NCBI GenBank assembly: GCA_037134915.1
Contig: JBAXLJ010000002.1
Location: 935-64,934, forward strand
Source of the DNA: Candidatus Falkowbacteria bacterium
Lineage (GTDB): Bacteria > Patescibacteriota > Patescibacteriia > Patescibacteriales > UBA12465
Length of the DNA stretch: 64,000 nt
Reading direction: 5' to 3'
The notes beneath the pieces were generated by a model. The model searched no databases. It was not told the origin of the DNA and saw nothing but the letters and a program-made list of their open reading frames with translations. Below, in pieces: positions 1 through 6,916 of this stretch; positions within the stretch are counted from its first letter, which is position 1, and every line of letters begins with the position of its first letter. The position numbers and the translations under genes were made by a program.

Positions 1-3000
1 GGTGTCGCTCAAGATATCTCTAGTAACCCTAATAATTTATCTAATACTTTGTCTTATACTTCTGATACAGTGGCCCCAACAGTGGTTTTGTCTTCAGTTA
101 ATCCTGACCCGACTAACACGGCTATTGCTGTGACCGCCACTTTCAGTGAAGCGGTTTCTAATTTTGTCGTCGGCGATATTTCTGTTGGTAACGGAACGGC
201 TGGTTCATTTTCTGGATCCGGAACAACTTATGATTTTACCGTGACTCCAACTGCCTCCGGATTGGTGACGGTAAACATCGCTGGTGATGTGGCTAGCGAT
301 GCCGCTGGTAATGGAAATATTGTGGCCACTGCCTTAACTCGAAATTATAACAATACTAATCCGTCAGTGACTTTATCTTCGCTTACTCCTGATCCGACAA
401 ATGGTTTGATTGCGGTTGCAGCCACCTTCAGTACTAACGTCACTGGTTTCGCTGATGGTGATATTTTGGTAACAAATGGCACGGTTCAAAACTTTAGCAT
501 TGTTGATGGTAAAACTTATACCTTTAACGTTAATCCAACCAGCGGGGCCAACGTCGCAGTAACAATTAGTGTTCCAGCTGGTGTCGCTCAAGATGATTCA
601 AGTAATGATAATGCAATTTCTAACACCTTATCCTATACTTCTGATACGGTTGCGCCAACGGTTGTTTTATCTTCAACTAATCCTGATCCGACTAATTCCA
701 ATATTGCTGTCACGGCTACATTTAGCGAACCAGTCTTTAATTTTGTAGTCGGCGATATCACAGTCGGTAATGGAGTGGCAGGGACTTTTGCCGGCACGAG
801 TACGACTTATACTTTTATAGTGACACCAAGCGCTACTGGAACAGTAACTGTCGATTTGGCGGCTGGCAAGGCTAACGACGCAGCCGGTAATAATAATACC
901 GCCGCGACGCAACTGACTCGAGATTATGATAACACTAACCCTACGGTCGTTCTAAATTCAGCGACTCCCGATCCGACTAATAGTTTAATTGCGGTTTCGG
1001 CTATTTTCAGTTCAGATGTTACTGGTTTTGTCGCTGGCGATATAAATGTCAGTGGTGGCACAGTACAAAATTTCACCGCTCTTGATGGTCAAACTTATAT
1101 TTTTGATGTCAGCCCTACTCCTGGTGACAGTGTCGCAGTGACTATTAATGTCCCCGCTGATGTCGCTGCTGATGTCTTCGCTAATAATAATTTAGTTTCT
1201 AATACTTTATCTTATACTTCTGATACTGTTGCCCCAATAATTACTCCACTGACCAATGTGACAACTAACGCTACTTATTCTGAAGATGCTAGCACCACCG
1301 GTGCTACTGCTTGGTCATGGACTAAACAATCTGGTCCAGGTACGATTACTTTTAGTTCGCCGACTACTGAAGACACTCTAATTAGTGCTGATACCGATGG
1401 TCTTTACGTTATCAGATTAACCGCGACTGATGCGGCTGGTAATTCTTCTTACAGTGAAATGAACTTTACCAGAACGACGGTCGGTCCAATCGTTGACGTT
1501 GGTCCGGATATTACCACTAATGCCCAGTTTACTAGAAACGCGACCACTACTGGAGCCACTTCTTGGTCTTGGACTGAAGTTTCTGGCCCGGGCACTATTA
1601 CTTTTGGCACCTCTAACACCGAAGACACTACTATCGCTGCTGATACCGATGGTACTTATGTGATTAAATTGGCAGCCTATGATATTGCCTTTAATAAGAG
1701 CGAAGGTACCTTCACTTTAGTTTGGGATACAGCGCCACCAATAATTACTGTTTTACCTGACGTCACCGCCTCTTCTACTTACTCGGTCGATGCTACAACT
1801 ACCGGTGCTATCTCTTGGCTATGGACGCAGCGATCTGGTCCAGGTACGATTACTTTTGGTACACCAACGGCTGAAGACACAACTATTTCCGCCGATACTG
1901 ACGGCACTTATATAATCAGATTAACCGCGACTGATGCGGCTGGTAATTCTTCATATAGAGAGATGATTTTCATTCGCAACACCGTTGGCCCCGCAGTTAA
2001 TGTCGGATCTGATGTTATAACTAATACTCAGATTAATAAAAATGCTACGACCACTGGAGCTAGTACTTGGTCTTGGTCTAAAGTTTCTGGCCCGGGCACT
2101 ATTACCTTTGGCACACCTAACACCGAAGATACCACTATTTCCGCTGACACTGACGGTACTTATGTAATTAAATTAACGTCGACTGATGCAGCTCTTAATA
2201 GTAACTCCGGTTCCTTTAATTTGATTTGGGATACTACTGCTCCGGTAATTACCACCCCTAATCTAGGATCAATATCGGCGGTTACTTTAATGAGTGCCAC
2301 CTCCGACACAGCTTCTAGTACTTATCTCTGGTCTAAAGTTTCTGGTCCCGGTAATGTTAATTTTTCGAGCAGCGCTAATATTTTAAATCCTAGTGTTTAT
2401 GCCGATATCGCCGGTAATTATTCAATTATGTTAACGGCGACTGATATAGCTGGTAATGTCGCTACTTCAACAGCCACCTTTACTTGGGTAATAAATTCTG
2501 GCGGTGGAGGAGGGGGTGGTGGTGGAGGAGGAGGTGGTGGTGGAGGAGGAGGTGGTGGCGGTGGTACGGTTGTCTCAACTTGTACGTCCGTAGTTTATGG
2601 TCCTTGGAGCGCCTGTCTGGGCGGCTTCCAGTCTCGTAATTTCTTGTCTCAGACACCTAATTCTTGTCAGCCTACAGCTGCTCAATTAGCGGCCACTTCG
2701 CAAACCTGTACTCCGATTGTCGTTGTTCCTGAACCGACTCCGGCCCCAAGTAATTATATTGCTGAAGCCACAGTTATTATGGCTAAAGCCCGAGCCGATT
2801 TTACCAAAACTAATATTGCTTTACTAAATAAAGTTGATGGTCAAATTCTAATTCAAGTTGAAAGCAGAGGTGAAACTTGGTATGTTAATCCGGTTGATAA
2901 GAAACGCTATTACTTAGGCCGCCCGGAAAGCGCTTACGCGGTAATGCGACTCTTAGGGGTTGGTATTAATAACCAAAATTTAAGAAAAATCCCCATTGGC

Positions 3001-3435
3001 TTAATGGATAAAAACTTAGAAGGCGGTGATATTGATACTGATAAAGACGGGCTAACTGATCGCCTAGAAAAAGCTATTGGCACCAATCTAAACAAAGTGG
3101 ATACCGATGGCGACGGCTTCCCGGATTATGTGGAAGTTAAAAATGATTACAATCCCTTAGGTAAAGGGAAGACGACCGTTGATAAGAAGTTTACCAAAAC
3201 CGTTTTAGGCCGCATGTTTATTCAAGTCCAAACTAACGGTGAAGCTTGGTATATAGATCCTAAAACTCAGCGCCGTTATTATCTTGGTCGACCGAACGAA
3301 GCTGCTTATATTACTAATAAGTTTGGTATCGGTATTTCCAATAAACAGATTAATCAAATTCCGGTGGGCAAATTTACCCCCGCTCAACTAAAGAAGATTG
3401 CTGAACTACTTAAATGGTTTGAACCTAAAAAGTAA
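1..3435 (+). CDS. Giant secreted repeat protein, 5' end cut by the window edge (Ig-like repeats, five PKD-like repeats, poly-Gly linker, 4-Cys module, thrombospondin-type-3-like Asp-rich repeats, two C-terminal WY..RYYLGRP repeats)
   Basis: Frame 1 is open from nt 1. Nt 1-48 translate to GVAQDISSNPNNLSNTL, the same motif that recurs at nt 575 (GVAQDDSSNDNAISNTL), so the track's TTG start at 49 is internal. Repeats LSYTSDTVAPTVVLSS.NPDPTN, TTGA..WSW...SGPGTITF..EDT.I.ADTDG.Y.I.L.A.D, and DTDKDGLTDRLE / DTDGDGFPDYVE are read directly from the translation. Confidence 0.8.
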   Translation, partial: GVAQDISSNPNNLSNTLSYTSDTVAPTVVLSSVNPDPTNTAIAVTATFSEAVSNFVVGDISVGNGTAGSFSGSGTTYDFTVTPTASGLVTVNIAGDVASDAAGNGNIVATALTRNYNNTNPSVTLSSLTPDPTNGLIAVAATFSTNVTGFADGDILVTNGTVQNFSIVDGKTYTFNVNPTSGANVAVTISVPAGVAQDDSSNDNAISNTLSYTSDTVAPTVVLSSTNPDPTNSNIAVTATFSEPVFNFVVGDITVGNGVAGTFAGTSTTYTFIVTPSATGTVTVDLAAGKANDAAGNNNTAATQLTRDYDNTNPTVVLNSATPDPTNSLIAVSAIFSSDVTGFVAGDINVSGGTVQNFTALDGQTYIFDVSPTPGDSVAVTINVPADVAADVFANNNLVSNTLSYTSDTVAPIITPLTNVTTNATYSEDASTTGATAWSWTKQSGPGTITFSSPTTEDTLISADTDGLYVIRLTATDAAGNSSYSEMNFTRTTVGPIVDVGPDITTNAQFTRNATTTGATSWSWTEVSGPGTITFGTSNTEDTTIAADTDGTYVIKLAAYDIAFNKSEGTFTLVWDTAPPIITVLPDVTASSTYSVDATTTGAISWLWTQRSGPGTITFGTPTAEDTTISADTDGTYIIRLTATDAAGNSSYREMIFIRNTVGPAVNVGSDVITNTQINKNATTTGASTWSWSKVSGPGTITFGTPNTEDTTISADTDGTYVIKLTSTDAALNSNSGSFNLIWDTTAPVITTPNLGSISAVTLMSATSDTASSTYLWSKVSGPGNVNFSSSANILNPSVYADIAGNYSIMLTATDIAGNVATSTATFTWVINSGGGGGGGGGGGGGGGGGGGGGGTVVSTCTSVVYGPWSACLGGFQSRNFLSQTPNSCQPTAAQLAATSQTCTPIVVVPEPTPAPSNYIAEATVIMAKARADFTKTNIALLNKVDGQILIQVESRGETWYVNPVDKKRYYLGRPESAYAVMRLLGVGINNQNLRKIPIGLMDKNLEGGDIDTDKDGLTDRLEKAIGTNLNKVDTDGDGFPDYVEVKNDYNPLGKGKTTVDKKFTKTVLGRMFIQVQTNGEAWYIDPKTQRRYYLGRPNEAAYITNKFGIGISNKQINQIPVGKFTPAQLKKIAELLKWFEPKK

Positions 3436-3453
3436 TCACAACTCATAAAAAAA

Positions 3454-3485
3454 CCGCCACTAGAACGATTCTAGCGGCGGTTTTT
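3454..3485 (+). terminator. Rho-independent terminator of the surface-protein gene
   Basis: ccgccactagaa / ttctagcggcgg stem (one mismatch) with a 3-nt loop, followed by TTTTT, 19 nt after the stop codon. Confidence 0.8.
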
Positions 3486-3490
3486 AGTAA

Positions 3491-3519
3491 TTGACCAATT
3501 AAGTATTTTCTGTTAACGT
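3491..3519 (+). promoter_or_regulatory. Candidate sigma70-type promoter for the RT leader (TTGACC-N17-TAACGT)
   Basis: TTGACC at 3491-3496, a 17-nt spacer, then TAACGT at 3514-3519. It lies just after the upstream terminator. The -10 box is weak. Confidence 0.35.
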
Positions 3520-3520
3520 T

Positions 3521-3727
3521 GGTGGCAGTGGGGTGTGGATCGGGCTTGTACATTCCATGGGAAACCATAGAATACCGTTTTCCCGACCTTTAATTTATTT
3601 AGAGGTTATGGACAGCGATCTGAATCGGATCGTTGAATTTTTATTAATCAAGGTGTCGTAATTTAACATTACTACCCTGAGTGAAGAGAGAAGCCTAAGC
3701 GAGGGGAGGCTTTGCCCCCCTCCACCC
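3521..3727 (+). ncRNA. Candidate structured ncRNA / 5' leader associated with the reverse transcriptase (msr-msd-like or DRT-type template RNA)
   Basis: The ~275-nt gap upstream of the RT contains no ORF of 60 aa or more and is locally GC-enriched. The ends can pair: ggtgg(3521-25)/ccacc(3722-26) and gggg(3530-33)/cccc(3717-20). Internal hairpins are gggaaa(3559-64)/tttccc(3579-84), cagcgatc(3613-20)/gatcgttg(3628-35), gtaat(3659-63)/attac(3668-72) and gagggg(3701-06)/cccctc(3717-22). The boundaries are guesses. Confidence 0.35.
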
Positions 3728-3764
3728 TTTAAAAAAATTCTTTAACAACTTAAAAAACAAAAAA

Positions 3765-5297
3765 ATGGATAATAATCAGCCAACCGTTGAAGATGCCGCT
3801 GTTTTACTCCTGGCACGTATTTGCAGAACCACGATAACTGTTATCGGTCGCGCTTTTGATGAAGTTGATTCATATCAGATTCATAAAAAACACAAATCAT
3901 CCGGAGGTTTCCGCATAATCGCGGAACCTCCGGAAACATTAAAGTTTGTGCAGAAACGCCTTTTAATTTGGTTAAATAGATTGTCGAAGCGTTTTGATTT
4001 TTATAATAGTAAACGGCGGCATAACAACCGGTCGTACGATCAATTGGTTTATAAAAAAGTTTTAGAACATACAATTGATAAGCGATTACATGCTCAAAGA
4101 AATAAATCAATTTCTACAACCGCCGCGGCTTTAAAGGTTCATTCTAATTTTCTGATTGAAATTGACTTAAAAAATGCTTTTCCTTCAGTGAGCGCTGAAT
4201 TTCTACAAGCCATCCTTTACCCAATTTTCTTGGATGAGTGTAATAGTTATTATTATCCGCCCCATCAAAAATTATTCTATCAAAAATTGATGGCAATTTC
4301 TGAGATTATGAAAGATAAAATTGGCCCACCGCCGACAATTAATGTGTCTTTTCGCTATCGCTATTATCAAGATGAAGAATTTAAAACCTGGAAGGAAGCT
4401 TTACTTAAATGGAATGTCGAAGCTGAAAAATTACTGACAGAATTAGGGTTTTGTAAAATTCATCAATATCAGGATAACAGTTGGATCGTAAATGGTCCGC
4501 TTGGCGAATCTTGGCGTGTTCCTCTTATTAGCAAAGATAGTTATCCGCACTACCCACTTTTTTCAACCAGAACCTGTCGTGAATTTAGAAATTTAATCCG
4601 AGAGGTTAGTGGTCAAGAAAGACTATTAGAGGCTTCGCAGATTCCAGAAATTATTGATTATTTTACTAAGTATCTGGTAAGACTCACCACTTTTCATAAT
4701 TCTTTGCCACAAGGAGCGCCGACCTCAGGTTTTTTGTTAAATTTAGTCATTTCCGAAATGAAATTGCCCGAGAAAATAATGACCAATTTTGGTAATAAAT
4801 GGAATAGTAAGCTGGCGGTTTATGTAGATAATTTTTTCATTACCTCCATCAAGAAGCCGGATGAAAAGTTACTTTCTAATATAGAGCAAGTTGTAGCCCA
4901 AACCGGAGTCTTTCAACTTAATCCTAAAAAGACCAAAGTTTATGACTTACGTTGTAATTCTGGTCCAATTTTAGGCATGAAATTAACCCAACGCCCGGCG
5001 ACGGAAAAAGAATTAATAGTTATTGATAAATTAAAACCCTGTGGTTATGTTAAAGCTAAAAAATCTTCCAGAAAATGGTTGATAACTACCACTACCTTGT
5101 CTCAAAAAAAACAAAAACAGTATCGCGCTTTTTTGCATCATGTTATTACGCAATCAGTTTCTGACAAAGAAATTAGTCGCGCTGAAGGTTATCATGGTCA
5201 TATCGTGTCTGTTTATGGAAAAAATCTGGAAAATCTACCTGCCACTTTGCGTGGTTTAGTAGGTGCTTTTCGAATGAAAATTCATAAAATAAGATAA
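3765..5297 (+). CDS. Reverse transcriptase, retron/UG-like, atypical (YVDN catalytic box, large insertion between motifs A and B)
   Basis: RT motifs are readable in the translation: SGGFRIIAEP (1), LKFVQKRLL (2), RNKSISTTAAALKVH + IEIDLKNAFPSV (3/A), LPQGAPTSGFLLN (4/B), AVYVDNFFI (5/C), LNPKKTKV + ILGMKL (6/7). A ~110-aa basic C-terminal extension follows. Confidence 0.85.
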   Translation: MDNNQPTVEDAAVLLLARICRTTITVIGRAFDEVDSYQIHKKHKSSGGFRIIAEPPETLKFVQKRLLIWLNRLSKRFDFYNSKRRHNNRSYDQLVYKKVLEHTIDKRLHAQRNKSISTTAAALKVHSNFLIEIDLKNAFPSVSAEFLQAILYPIFLDECNSYYYPPHQKLFYQKLMAISEIMKDKIGPPPTINVSFRYRYYQDEEFKTWKEALLKWNVEAEKLLTELGFCKIHQYQDNSWIVNGPLGESWRVPLISKDSYPHYPLFSTRTCREFRNLIREVSGQERLLEASQIPEIIDYFTKYLVRLTTFHNSLPQGAPTSGFLLNLVISEMKLPEKIMTNFGNKWNSKLAVYVDNFFITSIKKPDEKLLSNIEQVVAQTGVFQLNPKKTKVYDLRCNSGPILGMKLTQRPATEKELIVIDKLKPCGYVKAKKSSRKWLITTTTLSQKKQKQYRAFLHHVITQSVSDKEISRAEGYHGHIVSVYGKNLENLPATLRGLVGAFRMKIHKIR

Positions 5298-5300
5298 AAT

Positions 5301-5332
5301 AAAATCCCCAGTTAAAAACGGGGGATTTTTTT
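5301..5332. terminator. Bidirectional terminator between the convergent RT and def genes
   Basis: aaaatcccc / ggggatttt stem with A-run and T-run flanks, usable on both strands. Confidence 0.8.
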
Positions 5333-5343
5333 ATTTGGCAAAT

Positions 5344-5844
5344 TTATTTAACCAACAAATCAATAAACAAAATTCCTTCTAAATGATCAGTTTCATGCTG
5401 GATAATTCGCGATAGCATTCGATCAGCTTGAATCTTTTTCTTATCACCATTTTCGTCGTAGTAATTGCAGGTGACTTTTTTATGGCGGGAGACGCGGCCG
5501 TAAATTATTTTTCCTTGATCGTCGAGCACTGACAAGCAGCCTTCTTCGTCGATTTCTTGCCCCCAGGATTTTTTAGTGATTTTGGGATTAATCATGAAAA
5601 TCGTTCGGTTCGCTTTTTCGTCATGCATCACTACTAGTCGGATATTTAAACCGATTTGCGGCGCGGCTAAGCCGGCGCCGTCTAGCTCTTTCATGGTGTG
5701 TTCCATATCCAGTAGCAATTGCTTCATTTCCGATTTTTTAATATCAGACAACGGAATTTCGACGGATTTATCGCGCAGTGATGGGGTGGGGTATTTAATT
5801 ATATCTAGTATTTTTGGCATAAGTTTTGGGTGTATAAGGGACAC
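5344..5844 (-). CDS. def: Peptide deformylase
   Basis: All three signature motifs are present: GAGLAAPQIG, EGCLS, HETDHLEG. An alternative ATG at 5820 (MPKILD..) would shorten the overlap with the upstream ORF. Confidence 0.95.
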   Translation of the reverse strand: MSLIHPKLMPKILDIIKYPTPSLRDKSVEIPLSDIKKSEMKQLLLDMEHTMKELDGAGLAAPQIGLNIRLVVMHDEKANRTIFMINPKITKKSWGQEIDEEGCLSVLDDQGKIIYGRVSRHKKVTCNYYDENGDKKKIQADRMLSRIIQHETDHLEGILFIDLLVK

Positions 5845-6115
5845 CTAAAGGGGCGTCGATAATTTTAAAAAAGTATTTCCATTTCTCACCACTCTTGCAT
5901 AATTCTTTGGTATCGTTAATGGCTCTTTCGATTACAGTTGCTGGTTTATCGCGGCAGATTTTAAAAACCGAAGAACGCTTTACATCAGGGACCTCAAGCT
6001 CTTTGATAATTCGCAGAGCTAAATCTTGCCAAGAGTAAGCCGGTGCCTTAACTAGCTTTTTAGTTTCTCGAGCTTTAAAAATATCCGCGAAAGAAGTTGG
6101 TTCGGATTTTTTCAT
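5795..6115 (-). CDS. Hypothetical protein (106 aa)
   Basis: An ORF with an ATG start tightly packed between the LigB-like gene and def. No recognisable motif. Confidence 0.45.
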   Translation of the reverse strand: MKKSEPTSFADIFKARETKKLVKAPAYSWQDLALRIIKELEVPDVKRSSVFKICRDKPATVIERAINDTKELCKSGEKWKYFFKIIDAPLGVPYTPKTYAKNTRYN

Positions 6116-6118
6116 AGG

Positions 6119-6910
6119 TTATAATTTAAAATTCATCATTAAATAACCAATGCCAAAGTCAGTTTGGTAAGACATGATTTCTGGAGTATAGACTTTATCC
6201 TCTAGCGCGCCCAGTAGGGTAACTATAGATTTTAATCCACATTCACCAGCATCTTTTATTAGCTTAGTGTCTAGGCTTAAAATATTATTTTTGATATCGG
6301 TGGGGTTGTTTAATAGTTCAATTAATTTATTATCAAATTTAGAACCTTTGGGCGAATAGCCGTTAGGCGAAGTTTTTTTAAGACGGTGTGATAAATCGCC
6401 GGAAGCAATTAAAGCAATTCTTTTGGCCGACCCAGAAATTACTTGGCTAATTCGATAACCCAGATTAAAATGGTTCGCTAAATCTAGTTCGCCGGCGTAG
6501 CTAATAACCACTATTTTGACATCAGGCATGGCGCTAGTTAGAAGGTGTAAAGGCACAGAAGCGCCGTAATCTAACTTGGCTTCGCTGATTAACTGGATTT
6601 CCGGGCCTTCAGTTTTTTTGAGTTCATCAATAAATTCTAGATCACTTAAAAATTTTCTCGTGTTACCTAGAAAACCGAAAGAACTTAAGTCGATGGCTAA
6701 TTCTGGACCGACGTTAATTGTAAAACGGTCGCTTTGAATTTGACCATGAGGGGAAATAATAATAATTGTCTCAATATCATTGCCTTGTAATTCTCTGGCA
6801 ATTTCCGAGTAACTATCAGCAGTTTTTTTGAGGATATTATAGTTTAGCTTACCAATTTCAGGAATTAAAATTGGTGAGTGGGAGCAAATAGCAGCATTAA
6901 GTAGGGGCAT
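6119..6910 (-). CDS. Class III extradiol dioxygenase (LigB/MEMO-like) family protein
   Basis: N-terminal ..CSHSPILIPE.., IIIISPHG, LDYGASVPL and ASGDLSHRL resemble LigB-subunit-type motifs. The call is at family level only. Confidence 0.55.
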   Translation of the reverse strand: MPLLNAAICSHSPILIPEIGKLNYNILKKTADSYSEIARELQGNDIETIIIISPHGQIQSDRFTINVGPELAIDLSSFGFLGNTRKFLSDLEFIDELKKTEGPEIQLISEAKLDYGASVPLHLLTSAMPDVKIVVISYAGELDLANHFNLGYRISQVISGSAKRIALIASGDLSHRLKKTSPNGYSPKGSKFDNKLIELLNNPTDIKNNILSLDTKLIKDAGECGLKSIVTLLGALEDKVYTPEIMSYQTDFGIGYLMMNFKL

Positions 6911-6916
6911 ATTTTT

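Noticed and set aside
2500-2565. The G-rich (GGN)22 tract as a G-quadruplex regulatory element.
   Set aside because: Only one run of three or more G's is present. The rest are GG doublets, so only weak two-tetrad structures are possible. The coding function as a poly-Gly linker explains the tract.
3557-3661. A 34-codon ORF (MGNHRIPFSRPLIYLEVMDSDLNRIVEFLLIKVS) inside the RT leader.
   Set aside because: It has no RBS, lies within predicted RNA helices, and shows no recognisable motif. I treated it as part of the candidate ncRNA rather than as a gene.
3436-5297. A diversity-generating retroelement: the RT sits right after a giant surface-protein gene, with the intergenic region as the template repeat.
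   Set aside because: RT motif 4 reads LPQGAPTSG (retron/group-II-like QGxxxS), not the DGR-type [ILV]GxxxSQ. I could find no stretch of the 3486-3764 region resembling the 3' end of the adjacent gene, or any other ORF I inspected, with A-specific mismatches. No avd-like gene is present. A computational TR/VR search would still be worthwhile.
3533-5343. A group II intron: GTGTG occurs at 3533-3537, matching the GUGYG 5' consensus, upstream of an RT ORF.
   Set aside because: Only ~45 nt, occupied by a terminator, separate the RT stop from the convergent def gene. That leaves no room for domains IV(3'), V and VI. No domain-V-like 34-nt hairpin is seen, and the RT lacks a recognisable maturase/X plus En C terminus.
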